DNA of 64,000 nucleotides, taken from assembly GCA_038087875.1 (NCBI GenBank), contig CM075997.1, positions 5,210,001 through 5,274,000 on the forward strand, read 5' to 3'. Positions 24,090 to 37,386 of this stretch are shown in pieces (within the stretch, counting starts at the first letter, position 1; every line of letters starts with the position of its first letter). The DNA is from Malacoraja senta (Eukaryota). The translations under genes and the position numbers were made by a program. The notes beneath the pieces were generated by a model. The model did no database searches, was not told the origin of the DNA, and worked only from the letters and a program-made list of their open reading frames with translations.

Positions 24090-26700
24090 GCAGGTGGTAT
24101 TGGGGGTAGGGTGTTGACATGGATAGAAAATTGGTTGGCAGACAGGAAGCAAAGAGTAGGAGTGAACGGGTCCTTTTCAGAATGGCGGGCAGTGGCGAGT
24201 GGAGTGCCGCAAGGCTCGGTGTTGGGGCCGCAACTGTTTACCATATATATTAATGATTTGGAAGAGGGAATTAGGAGCAACACTGGCAAGTTTGCGGATG
24301 ACACAAAGCTGGGTGGCAGTGTGAACTGTGAAGAGGATGTTAGGAGGTTGCAGGGTGACCTGGACAGGTTGAGTGAGTGGGCAGATGCGTGGCAGATGCA
24401 GTATAATATAGATAAATGTGAGGTTATCCACTTTGGCGGCAAAAACAAGGGGGCAGATTATTATCTCAATGGGGTTAGGTTAGGTAAGGGGGAGGTACAG
24501 AGAAACATAGAAACATAGAAAATAGGTGCAGGAGTAGGCCATTCGGCCCTTCGAGCCTGCACCGCCATTCAATATGATTATGGCTGATCATCGAACTCAG
24601 TATCCTGTACCTGCCTTCTCTCCATACCCCCTGATCCCTTTAGCCACAAGGGCCACATCTAACTCCCTCTTAAATATAGCCAATGAACTGGCCTCAGCTA
24701 CCTTCTGTGGCAGAGAGTTCCAGAGATTCACCACTCTCTGTGTGAAAAATGTTTTTCTCATCTCGGTCTACAAGGATTTCCCCTTTATCCTTAAACTGTG
24801 ACCCCTTGTCCTGGACTTCCCCAACATCGGGAACAATCTTCCTGCATCTAGCCTGTCCAACCCCTTAAGAATTTTGTAAGTTTCTATAAGATCCCCCTTC
24901 AATCTTCTAAATTCTAGCGAGTACAAGCCGAGTCTATCCAGTCTTTCTTCATATGAAAGTCCTGACATCCCAGGAATCAGTCTGGTGAACCTTCTTTGTA
25001 CTCCCTCTATGGCAAGAATGTCTTTCCTCAGATTTGGAGCCCAAAACTGTACGCAATACTCCAGGTGTGGTCTCACCAAGACCCTGTACAACTGCAGTAG
25101 AACCTCCCTGCTCCTATACTCAATTCCTTTTGCTATAAATGCTAACATACCATTCGCTTTCTTCACTGCCTGCTGCACCTGCATGCCTACTTTCAATGAC
25201 TGGTGTACCATGACACCCAGGTCTCGTTGCATCTCCCCTTTTCCTAATCGGCCACCATTCAAATAATAGTCTACTTTCCTGTTTTTGCCCCCAAAGTGGA
25301 TAACCTCACATTTATCCACATTATACTGCATCTGCCATGCATTTGCCCACTCACCCAGCCTATCCAAGTCACCTTGCAGCCTTCGAGCATCCTCCTCACA
25401 GCTAACCCTGCCCCCCAGCTTCGTGTCATCCGCAAACTTGGAGATGTTGCATTCAATTCCCTCGTCAAATCATTAATATATATTGTAAATAGCTGGGGTC
25501 CCAAAACTGAGCCTTGAGGTACCCCACTAGTCACTGCCTGCCATTCTGAAAAGGACCTGTTTACTCCTACTCTTTGCTTCCTGTTTGCCAGCCAGTTCTC
25601 TATCCACATCAATACTGAACCCCCATTACCGTGTGCTTTAAGTTTGCATACTAATCTCTTATGTGGGACCTTGTCGAAAGCCTTCTGAAAGTCCAGATAT
25701 AACACATCCACTGGTTCTCCCCTATCCACTCTACTAGTTACATCCTCGAAAAATTCTATAAGATTCGTCAGACATGATTTACCTTTCATAAATCCATGCT
25801 GACTTTGTCCAATGATTTCACTACTTTCCAAATGTGCTGCTATCCCATCTTTAATAACTGACTCTAGCAGTTTCCCCACTACCGATGTTAGACTAACTGG
25901 TCTGTAATTCCCTGTTTTCTCTCTCCCTCCCTTTTTAAAAAGTGGGGTTACATTAGCTACCCGAGTGGGGTTACATTAGCTAACCTGGGCGTCCTTGTAC
26001 ACCGGTCACTGAAAGTTGGGTTACAGATACAGCAGGCAGTGCAGAAAGCTAATGGAATGTTGGCCTTCATAACAAGAGGATTTCAGTATAGGAGTAAAGA
26101 GGTTCTTCTGCAGTTGTATAGGGCTCTGGTGAGACCACATCTGGAGTATTGTGTACAGTTTTGGTCTCCTAATTTGAGGAAGGACATCTTTGTGATTGAG
26201 GCAGTGCAGTGTAGGTTCACGAGATTGATCCCTGGGATGGCGGGACTGTCATATGAGGAAAGATTGGAAAGACTAGGCTTGTATTCACCGGAGTTTAGAA
26301 GGATGAGGGGGAATCTTATAGAAACATATAAAATTATAAAAGGACTGGACAAGCTAGATGCAGGAAAAAATGTCCGAATGTTGGGTGAGTCCAGAACCAG
26401 AGGCCACAGTCTTAGAATAAAGGGGAGGCCATTTAAGACGGGTGAGAAAAAATGTTTTCACCCAGAGAGTTGTGAATTTGTGGAATTCCCTGCCACAGAG
26501 GGCAGTGGAGGCCAAATCACTGGATGGATTTAAGAGAGCGTTAGATAGAGCTCTAGGGGCTAGTGGAATCAAGGGATACGGGGAGAAGGCAGGCACGGGT
26601 TATTGATTGGGGACGATCAGCCATGATCACAATGAATGGCGGTGCTGGCTCGAAGGGCCAAATGGCCTCCTCCTGCACCTATTTTCTATGTTTCTATGTT
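24090..26700 (+). mobile_element. CR1 LINE 3' part split by the nested CR1 (pieces 24090-24500 and 25984-26700)
   Basis: SGVPQGSVLGP...FADDTKL...KGEVQR resumes as (D)LGVLVH...RPHLEYCVQFWSP after the insertion; ttctatg tail. Confidence 0.88.
24503..25962 (-). mobile_element. 5'-truncated CR1 LINE nested in an oppositely oriented CR1
   Basis: RT motifs (LDFQKAFDKVPH, SGVPQGSVLGP, RPHLEYCVQFW); catagaaa tail. Near-identical to 51596-53045. Confidence 0.93.
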
Positions 26701-29700
26701 TCATATTCAGTAGGACATTGTGGGCTGAAGGGCCGGTTCCTGTCCTGTTTAGTTTACTTTAGAGATACAGCGCAGAAAGAGGCCCTTCGGCCCACCGAGT
26801 CCAGGCCGGCCAGCGATGCCAGCACATTAACATTAGTCTACACATACGAGGGAGAAATAAAGTTCTATCGTATTAACCTACAAACCTGTACGTCTTTGGA
26901 GTGTGGCACGACACCGAAGATCTCTGAGAAAACCCATGGGGAGAACGTGCAAACTCCAAACAGACAGCACCCGTAGTCAGGATCGAACCAAGGTTACCAG
27001 CGCTGTGAGGCAGCTACTCTGCCACTGTGCCACCCTGTTATGTTCTGTGTTCTATGTAAATTTCCCCTTATGTGTAGGTAGAAACATAGGTGCAGGAGCA
27101 GGCCATTCGGCCCTTCGAGCCAGCCCCGTGGATGGGAATGTGGAGAGATAATGTGGCGTTAATGTAACTGGGTGGTTAAGGGTTAGGTTGGTCTTAAAGG
27201 GCCAGTTTTATCACTGACTGTATCACTGACTGGTTAGCACGCAACAAAAGCTTTTCACTGTACCTCGGTAAACGTGACAATAAACTAAACTAAACTGTGA
27301 CTCTATGAAGTGGATTAGAAATGTTGGTGTTAGCTAGTGCTGCCCAACTTGTGTGAATCCTTCTGTTGCCCTGTCCCCCTCATCATCAAGCCAGTCAGTA
27401 GAGGTGTGTACATGGTGGGGGGAGGAAGTGGCAGCGGTAGAAGGTGAAGACACAAGAGACTGCAGATGCTGCAATCCTGAGAAAATTACAAAGTGCTGGA
27501 AGAACTCGGCAGGTCAGGCAGCATCAGTGGATGCTATGGACTTTTACTGACCATTGAAGGAAAATCCCATCAACAATCTATAGTTCAATTCCCTCCCCAG
27601 ATGCTGCCTGACTTGCTGAGTTTCTCCAACACTTTGTGTTTTGCACGGGTTGAGGAATTGTTAGTTTGGAGATACAGCGCAGAAACAGGCCCCGTTTGGA
27701 GTCCGCGCCGACCAGCGATTCCCTACACATTACGGTAACACTATCCTACACGCACCAGGGACAATTCACATTTATACCAAGCCAATTAGCCTACAAACCT
27801 GTACGCCTTTGGAGTGTAGAGGGAAACTGGAGCACCTGGAGAACACCCACGCAGGTCACGGGGAGAACATACAAACTCCGTACAGACAGCACCCATGGTC
27901 AGGATTGAACCTGGGTCTCTGGCGCTGTAAGGCAGCAAATCTACCGCTGCGCCACCGTGCCTTCATCTGTATTAAAACGTGTTTATTGTAGTCAAGACCC
28001 CACCACCAACATTTTAAAACTTTGTTCCACACCACCATTTCAGTTATTAAAAGAAGCACGACAAATTCATAATTTGTTAGTTTCCAGCATTTCCCTTCAA
28101 CCATTTCTTGGGTTAATGTCAATGGGTGAGAGGCTGTACAACACTTTGAGCTGAGCTCCTTGATTTTTATAAAATACAGCACAGAAACTGGCCCATTGAG
28201 TCCACGCTGACCAACGATCATCTTTTCCCACTCAGCTCTCTGTCATCCCACTTTCTCAACCACTCCCTGCACACTCGGGGCAACTTGCAAAGGGACGATT
28301 AATCTACAAACCCACACATCTTTGGGATGTGGGGGGAAACCGGAGCGCCCGGAGGAAATCCACGGGGTTAATTCCAGGGATGGCGGGACTGTCATATGCT
28401 GAGAGAATGGAGCGGCTGGGCTTGTACACTCTGGAGTTTAGAAGGATGAGAGGGAATCTTATTGAAACATATAAGATTATTAAGGGTTTGGACACGCAAG
28501 AGGCAGGAAACATGTTCCCGATGTTGGGGGTAGTCCAGAACCAGGGGCCACAGTTTAAGAATAAGGGGTAAGCCATTTAGAACGGAGACGAGGAAGCACT
28601 TTTTCTCACAGAGAGTGGTGAGTCTGTGGAATTCTCTGCCTCAGAGGGCGGTGGAGGCCGGTTCTCTGGATACTTTCAAGAGAGAGGGCTCTAAAAGATA
28701 GCGGAGTCGGGGGATATGGGGAGAAGGCGGTAATGGGGTACTGATTGTGGATGATCAGCCATGATCACATTGAATGGCGGTGCTTACTTGAAGGGCCGAA
28801 TGGCCTACTCCTGCACCTATTGTCTATTGTCAACGGGAGAACTCCACGCAGACAGCACCTGAGGTCGGGATCGACCCCGGGTCTCTGGCGCTGTGAGGCA
28901 GCAGCTCTCCCTGCTGCGCCAGTGACTCTCTCCCCGTCTAGCTCTGCTCCAGTTAACCTTTGTAAGGTTCCACGCCACACCTCAGAGTTCTTCCAGATTA
29001 TATTTTTAATATCCTCGTTTTCTTTGATATTAGTTTCATATGTGGAAATGTTTGCATAAGCTGTTTGTGCATTTAAAGAGTTATTGAGATGGAAAACACT
29101 ACTTTGGTTGCCTAGAGATGAGTGTTTCACTTGTACCGACCTTTAAAGGAAACTTCCATCAGAAATCTGTCGTTCCATAAGTTTGCCAGGTTACGAAGAT
29201 TTGCCCCATCCCTTCTCCCCTCTCCTGGTGAGCAGAAGGTACAGAAGCTTGAAAGCACGCACCACCAGACTCAGGAACAGCTTCTTCCCCTCTGTAATCA
29301 GGCTTCTGAACGGCCCTTCCATAAGCCAGGGTACTGTCCAATTCACCTCTACCCCATTGCGGACATTGGACTTTGTCTCTGGAACTGATGCGCTACAATG
29401 CTGAGATACCCTGGGAGATAGCTTTGCTTTGTTTAGAGATACAGCGCGGAAACAGGCGTTTCGGCCCACCGGGTCTGCGCTGACCAGCAATCCTCACGCG
29501 CTAACACTAATTTACATATAAGGGACAATTTATAATTTTACCAAAGCCAATTAACCTACAAAGCTGTAGATTTTGGAGTTTGGTTTAGTTTAGGGATACA
29601 GCGCGGAAACAGGCCCTTTGGTTCACAGCGACCAGCGATCCCCGCACATTAACGCTATCCTACATCCACGAGGGACAATATACACATACACCAAGCCAAT

Positions 29701-30055
29701 TAACCTACAAACCTGTACGTCTTTGGAGTGTGGGAGGAAACCGAAGATCTCGGAGAAAACCCACGCAGGTCACGGGGAGAACGTGCAAACTCCATACAGA
29801 CAGCATCCGTGGTGAGGATGGAACCCGGGTCTCTGGCGCTGTGAGGCTGCAACTCTACCGCTGCGCCACCGTGCTGCTCGATGTACTGTACTGAGAAATG
29901 CTGAAGTTTCACCGTATGTTAAGGACTAAAGGTTGAAGAGGTTGTGAATAGGACACCTTAAGGATCAGTGCGGTTGTCTACATTTGGAGCCATACGAGCT
30001 ATATCCAACCCGGAACGTCACCCGTTCCTTCTCTCCAGAGATGTTGCCAGTCCTG

Positions 30056-30187
30056 CTTCTTCTTCTTCTTGCGTATGACGTGCACAGCCTAATGTTGTAA
30101 GACAACTTGTTCTATTTGATCTTATTTGATTGTGCACACCGGGTTGGTTGCATTCGTCAAAACGTGGAGGATGCAATCTCCCACCTC
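30056..30187 (-). mobile_element. Short non-autonomous element with Vingi-like tail
   Basis: Reverse strand ends cgtcatacgc(aag)n. Flanked by near-duplicated target gccagtcctg / gcctgtcctg inside a Penelope pLTR copy. Confidence 0.6.
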
Positions 30188-30605
30188 GCCTGTCCTGCTG
30201 AGTTACTCATTCGATGTACCTGCCACCCTCTGTATGTATAAGTTGCCCCTCAAGTCCCCTCCAAATCTTCCCCTCTCACCTTGAATTCATCCTTTATTAA
30301 CATGTCTACCGGTCATCATTTGTGGGAAATGATGTACTTGTATCCCTAGGTAGACACAAAGTGCTGGAGTAACTCAGCAGGACTGGCAGCATCTCTGAAG
30401 AGAGGGAATGGGTGACGTTTCAGGTTGAGACCTTTCTTCAGACTGTACCCCTTGTACCCCTAAGTTCTTTGTTCTGCCCCACTCCCCAGGGCTCTGCCAT
30501 TGACTGTGTAGGTCATTCCCTGGTGTAACTTGCCAAAAATACAAAGCTTAAGACTTGTCTGTCAAATTCCATCTGCCGTTCCCTTTGCCCACTCTCCTGG
30601 TCTGC

Positions 30606-30990
30606 TAGTGTGGGCATCTTACACCTGTAGTGTGGGCATCTGACCTCTGTAGTGTGGGCATCTGACCCCTTAGTGTGAGCATCTGACCCCTGTAGTATGG
30701 GCATATGACCCCTGTAGTGTGGGCATCTGACCCCTGTAGTGTGGGCATCTGACCTCTGTACTGTGGGCATCTGACCTCTGTAGTGTGGGCATCTGACCTC
30801 TGTACTGTGGGCATCTGACCTCTGTAGTGTGGGCATCTGACCTCTGTAGTGTGGGCATCTGACCCCTGTAGTGTGGGCATCTGACCCCTGTAGTGTGGGC
30901 ATCTGACCTCTGTACTGTGGGCATCTGACCCCTGTAGTGTGGGCATCTGACCTCTGTAGTGTGGAGATGATACCTGTGTAGTGTGGGCAT
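30606..30990. repeat. 22-bp minisatellite (TAGTGTGGGCATCTGACCYCTG), about 17 copies
   Basis: Direct tandem copies; produces the periodic ORFs 30513-30990. Confidence 0.95.
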
Positions 30991-31258
30991 GTTACCTCTG
31001 TGCTACTGTGCTGCGCTTGAGAACATTGTATTGCACAGTACAGTTTGCAAGGACTGTTTCTTCCCAGCTATTATCATTAAGCTGAACTATTCTACCAACA
31101 ACTGGTGTCAGGGGTTATGGGGAGAATGCAGGAGAACAGAGTTATGAGGGAGAGATAGATCAGCCATGACAGGGTCTCTGGCGCTGTAAGGCAGCAACTC
31201 TACCGCTGCGCCACCGTGCCGCTGCAGAAAATTGTTGATTTTCTTTTCTTTTAACCAG

Positions 31259-31580
31259 GACACGGTGGCGCAGCGGTAGAGTTGCTGCCTCACAGCACTT
31301 GCAGCGCTGGAGACCCGGGTTTGATCCCAACTATGGGTGCTGTCTGTACGGAGTTTGTACGTTCTCCCCGTGACCTGCGTGGGTTTTCTCTGAAATTTTC
31401 CAGTTTCCTCCCACACTCCAAAAACGACAGGTCTGTAGGTTAATTGGCTTGGTGTGTAAAATTGTCCCTAGTGTGTGTAGGATAGTGTTAGTGTGCGGGG
31501 GTCGCTGGTCGGTGCAGACTCGGTGGGCCGAAGGGCCTGTTTCTGCACTGAATCTCTGAGCTTAACTAAACTAAACTAGA
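31259..31580 (+). mobile_element. Full-length HE1-type V-SINE (comparable copies at about 12440-12742 +, 29580-29875 -, 31835-32118 -, 39195-39497 -, 40616-40915 +, 56007-56308 -, 61455-61750 -)
   Basis: cacggtggcgcagcggtagagttgctgcctcacagc...gggtttgatcc...gggccgaagggcctgtttc...(ctaaa)n. Confidence 0.88.
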
Positions 31581-34500
31581 CACAGAACATTCGAGGAACA
31601 TTTAAAATATTGTTTCCCAATGACAGATTCAAGGCTGTGTTACATAGAACTTCAATTGTTTTATTTAGTTTGGACAGGCTGTTTAATCTAATACGCCAGT
31701 GAGTCACTTGAACACAAACTGACATTGGGACAAGCTGGGTTTGGACAATGGCCCCTGGTGGGACTCGCCTGAATTGGGGTCCCCTTTGTACTCATTGGAT
31801 CCACCTAGTGTGTTGGATTCAAATCTACCTCAGGTTTAGTTTAGTTTAGAGATACAGCGCGGAAACAGGCCCTTCGGCCCGACGGATCCGCGCCGACCAG
31901 CGATCCCCGCACACTAACACTATCCTACACACACTAGGAACAATTTACAGAAGCCAATTAACCGACAAACCTGTACGTCTTTGGAGTGAGGGAGGAAACT
32001 GGAGCACCTGGAGGACCCACGCGGGTCACAGGGAGAACGTGCAAACTCCACACAGACAGCACCCGTAGTCAGGATTGAATCCAGGGCTATGGTTCTGTGA
32101 GGCAGCAACTCCACCGCTTGCCCACATCGGCCAACATGTCCCATCTACACTAGTCCCACCTGCCCACATTTGGCCCATATCCCTCCAAACCTGTCCTAAC
32201 TGTGTTCCTGTCTAACTGTTTCTTAAACGTTGGAATAGTCCCTGCCTCAACTACCTCCTCTGGCAGCTCGTTCCATACACCCACCACCCTTTGTGAGAAA
32301 ATGTTACCCCTCAGATTCCTATTAAATCTTTTCCCCTTCACCTTAAACCTATATACTCTGGTCCTCGATTGGCAAGAGACTGGGAGAGCGTGGTGTTGTG
32401 AGTAGTATTGGCTGTTGGGTTGGACATTAAACAGAGCCTACAGCTGTACGATAAACCCCATGTGTACAATCCAAATGGGACAAGTCTTCTCCTCATGTCC
32501 TGAGTTGGAGTTAGAGTTTAGTTTATTGTCACGTGTACCGAGGTACAGTGGAAAGCTTTTGTTGCGTGCTAACCAGTCAGCAGAAAGTCAACACATGATT
32601 ACAATCGAGCCGTCCACAGTGTACAGATACATGATAAGGGAATAACATCTAGTGCAAGGTAAAGTCAGTAAAGTCCGATCAACGATAGTCCGAGGGTCAC
32701 CAATGAGGTAGATAGTTTCTCATGATTACTCTCCAGTTGTTCAACAAATGTCAGAATTAGGTCATTCAGCCCATCAAGTCTACTCCACCATTCAATCATG
32801 GCTGATCTATCTCTCTCCCCTAACTCCATTCTCCTGCCTTCTCCCCGTAGCCCCTGACACCAGTTGTTGGTAGAATGGTTCAGCTTCACGATAATAGCCG
32901 GGAAGAAACAGTCCTTACACACTGTACTGCGCAATGCAATGTTCTCAAGGACAGCACAGTAGCTCCACTCTGTGTTCTGATCTGATTAATAAGGCCACTG
33001 TGGGATCTGCAGACCGCTGGGCAACACGGTGGTGCAGCAGGTAGAGCTGCTGCCGCACAGCTTCGGAGACCCGGGTTCAATCCTGACCTCGCGCGCTGTC
33101 TGTGTGTGGAGTTTGCACGTTCTCCCTATGACCTCGTGGGTTTCGTCCGGGTACTCCGGTTTCCTCCCACATCCCAAAGACGTGTGGGTTTATAGGCTAA
33201 TCGGCCTCCGTAAAGAGAAATTGTACCTTGTAGATGCCAAATTTGAGGTAACATAGAACTAATGTGAAAGGCTGGCTGATGGTTAGCATGGATCCGGGGG
33301 GCTGAAGGGTCTGTTTCCGTGCTGTATCTTTCAATCATCCCACAAACAGTGTCACTACAACAGATGAACTGGTCATGATGGTGTTGGTGTTGGGGAGAGA
33401 TTATTGTGCACAAATTGGCTGCCGTGGTCTTTAAAAGCAATCATAGGGTCATAGAGTCTTACAGAATGGATACAGGCCCTTCGGCCCAACTTGCCCGCTC
33501 CAGCCAACACGTCCCATCTACACAAGTCCCACCTGCCTGCGTTTGGTCCATATCCCTCTAAACCTGTCCTATCCATGTACCTGTCTAAACATTGTGATAG
33601 TCCCAGCCTCAACTACCTCCTCCGGCAGCTCGTTCCATACAACCAGCACCCTTTGCGCGGAAAACGTACCCCTCAGGTTCCAATAAAATCTTTCCCCACT
33701 TGCCTTAAACCCATACCCTCTGGTCCTCGATTCCCCTACTCTGGGCAAGAGATTCCATGCGTCTACCCGATCTATTCCTCTCATGATTTTCAACAGTGGT
33801 TGTACTGATCAAATCAAAGGTGGTTTATAAAATGTTCTTACATCTGCAGGTGTCTGTGGAGTGCCTCTTGTGTGCTGTGTTTGTTCTGGAGGGCAAGTTC
33901 TTAAGTCAATTTACCATCTTTTCCTTCCTCCCTTTCTGTATCGATGCCAGGTTGCGGCTTTGTAAACAGTGCTGGGCTCTGCACTAATCCAACTACAGAC
34001 TGGTCAGGACCGCAGGCACTAGGCAGGCCGCTGTGTAAACGCCATCCATCACTATCACCAATGCCACGCTCCCTTTTCATCTTTCACCTAACAGCAGCCT
34101 TCGTTTAACGATGGAACGCCGCACGTTCTCAAGAGCTGAAACAAAGACTGCATTTATATAGCCCCATCGCAAACATGCTTTGCTGCCAAGGTACGTTGGA
34201 AACTTCACACCTGTAGGAGATGCCGCAGATAATGTGGGGATGGCAAGATCGCACAAACGACAATGATCAACTTAGAGCGGCACGGTGGCGCAGCGGTAGA
34301 GTTGCTGCCTCACAGCGTCAGAGACCCGGGTTCGATCCTGACTACGGGTGCTGTCTGTACGGAGTTTATAAGTTCTCCCCGTGACCTGCGTGGGCTAATT
34401 GGCTTGGTAAATTGTCCCTAGTGAGTGTAGGATGGTGCTAGTGTGCAGGGATCTCTGGTTGGCATGGATTTGGTGAGCAGAAGGGCCTGTTTCCGTGCTG

Positions 34501-36019
34501 TATCACTAAACTAAACTAAACTAAACTAAACTAAACTAACCAGCTGAGGTGGGAGGAGGAAGATTTAATAGGAACCTGAGGGGCAGCTTTTTCACACAGA
34601 GGGTGGTGGGTAAATGGAACAAACTGCCAGTAGATAGACACAAAGTGCTGGAGTAACTCAACGGGTCAGGCAGCATCTCTGGTGAAAATAAGATGGGTGA
34701 CGTTTCTGGTCCGGTTCTGAAGAAGAGGGTCTCAACCCGAAACGTCACCCATTTGTTTTCTCCAGAGATGCTGCCTGTCCCGCTGAGTTACTCCAGCATT
34801 TGGTGTCTATCCTCAATATTCATACCATTGGGTTGTAAGCCACCCAGGAGGAATATGCTGTATATGTGTCCACCCATCTGCCAACCAACCCCCCCCCTCC
34901 CTCTTCACCTGTGTCCACCTATCACTTGCCAAGCTTTGTCCTGCCCCCACCTTCCAATTTTCTGTCCCCTACCTCAAATGAACTGAAGAAGGGTCCCAAC
35001 CCGAAATGTCGCTTATCCATGTTCTCCAGAGATGATGCCTGACCCGCTGAATTACTCCAGTACTTTGTGTCTTTTTTTTGTGTAGTCTTCAATAATGTTA
35101 GTTAAGGGAAACATATTCATTAGGTCCATAGGAACGGACCTAATGGGCCGAAGGGCCTGTTTCAACGCTGCATGCCTCTGTGAAGTGTGGGATAGGTTAT
35201 AACAAAGAGGCTTGTATGAATGTGTTGTCTCTGTCGGCCAGGCTACGAGCAACAGCGGGAAGCAGAGGTACAGATGATAAAGGAGTGAGTTCCAGAATTG
35301 GTGGCTGACATGGGCTGTGTGGGATGGAGGGGAGAGGTAACGTCGGAGGGGTTGGTGGTGGACGAAGGAGGTATCGTTTAGATTAGTTTAGTTTCTCCAC
35401 ATGACCTGCGTGGGTTTTCTCCAGGCGCTCTGGTTTCCTCCCACACTCCAAAGGCGTACAGGTTTGTAGGTTAATTGGCTTCATTAAAAAATGTAAATTG
35501 TCCCTAGTATGTGTCGGATAGTGTTACTGTGCGGGGATCGCTGGTCGGCGCGGACTCCGTGGGTGGAAGGGCCTGTTTCCGCGCTGTATCTCTAAACTAA
35601 ACTAAACTAAACTAACGTCTCCCCTCAACCTCTGACTCCACAGAAAACAACCCAAGTCTATCCAACCTCTCTCAGTCTATGTCTAGCTACAGTTTTTCTA
35701 CTGACTGAATACCATGCTACAAAAAGCTTTCCACTGTACCTCGGTACACTTGACAATAAACTAAACTAAACAAAACTAAATTAAACTAAACTCGTCACAG
35801 CTTTCTCGTCCAGACTAAACTGCGAGAGCAACCAAACTGAATCCAATATTGATCGTGCAAAAGAGGAAGCAGAGACAATGGTGGCATGTTAGAAGCATTT
35901 AGACAGAAGTGATCAGGCAGGGGATGGAAGGATATGGATCATTTGTAAACAGATGTGCAGTTTAAATTGGCATCATGGTCAGCACAGACATTACGGACTG
36001 AAGGGCCCGTTCCTGTGCT

Positions 36020-36340
36020 GTACTGTTCTATGTCCCATGTTCCACAGGTATGTTCTATGTTCTAACGTTCTGTTCTATGTTCTACTGTCATATGGTCTAC
36101 TCTCCTATGTTCTATGTTCTATGTTCCATTGTTCTATGTTCTACTCTCCTATGTTCTATGTTCCATTGTTCTATGTTCTAATGTTCTGTCCTATGTTCTC
36201 ATGATCTATGTTCTGTTCTACTGTTCAATGTCCTATGTTCATTGTTCTATTTCAATGTTCTACTGTTCTATATTTTACATTCTATGTTCTATGTTCTGTT
36301 CTACATTCTGTGTTCTACTGTTCTTAGGTTCTATGGTCTA
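36020..36340. repeat. Degenerate (TGTTCTA)n expansion of a CR1 tail
   Basis: Follows a CR1 3' terminus (gggcccgttcctgtgctgtactgttctatg). Confidence 0.85.
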
Positions 36341-37386
36341 TATTTGATGATATTCTTATTAACTTTCACCTCGAGTACTGAGGGAAGTGCTATCTTTCAG
36401 GTGAGATTGTAATAGTTGCTCCACCTTCCACCCCAAATGGGTGTCAAAGATCCCTCTGCACCTCATGGAAACAGTAGGGGAATTATCTGTGCTTTATTGC
36501 CTGAATATCTGAAGGTATCTGTTGGTTGCCATTCCTCCTACGTCACAACAGAGAAATCCCAATTTGATTTGCTCCGTTGCTTTAAACAATCCTGCAGTTC
36601 TGGAAAGCAATTTCTTAGTTCCAACCTTCCCCTCTTTCTGAACTTTAACCACCCTCCACATTGGGACATTCCCAATCCGTTCCATGTGTAGGTTTTAGAG
36701 ATACAACGTGGAAACAGGCCCTTCGGCCCACTGAGTCCATGCCAACTGACAATCCCCCATACTATCCTCGGACATTGTCCTATCCTACACACTAGGGACA
36801 ATTTTCACAGAAGTCAATTAACCTACAAACCCGCATGTCTTTGGGATGTGGGAGGAAACCGAAGATCTCGGAGAAAACCCATGCAGGTCACGGGGAGAAC
36901 GTACAAACTCCATACAGACAGGATTGTCATACATAGTCAGGATTGAAGCCGGGTCTCTGGCGCTGTGAGGCAGCAACTCTACCGCTGCGCCACCGTGCCG
37001 CACGCCCCTCTGCTTAAATGCGACCTCATGACCTAACATTGCCCAAATGTCAATGCTGGTTGTCAGAGGCAAATCTTGCAACAAGACAAGGGGCAGCGTG
37101 AGAGGAATACTTCAGACCAGCAGAGGCAGCTTGAAGCTATGGGTTGACAATGATTCCAGATGAAGCAGATCAAGACACAACTAGAGAGCAGTCCTGAACT
37201 ACTATCTACCTCATTGGTGACCCTCGGACTGTCCTTGATCGGACTTTGCTGGCTTTACCTTGCACTAAACATTATTTCCTTATCATGTATCTATACACAG
37301 TAAATGGCTCGATTGTAATCACGTATTTGTCTTTCCACTGACTGGTTAGCACTGGTTAGCACGCAACAAAAGCTTTTCACTGTACC

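Noticed and set aside
30513..30990. Periodic ORFs and CRISPR-like regularity
   Set aside because: Head-to-tail 22-bp minisatellite with no unique spacers and no cas genes; the 26-bp array at 6.7-7.1 kb is rejected likewise.
31259..31335. tRNA-like sequences with A and B boxes
   Set aside because: Heads of V-SINEs followed by the V domain and LINE tail, not tRNA genes.
34150..34165. TATA box on the - strand upstream of a 59-codon ORF
   Set aside because: The TATATAAA belongs to an old SINE tail; the ORF has no recognisable homology.
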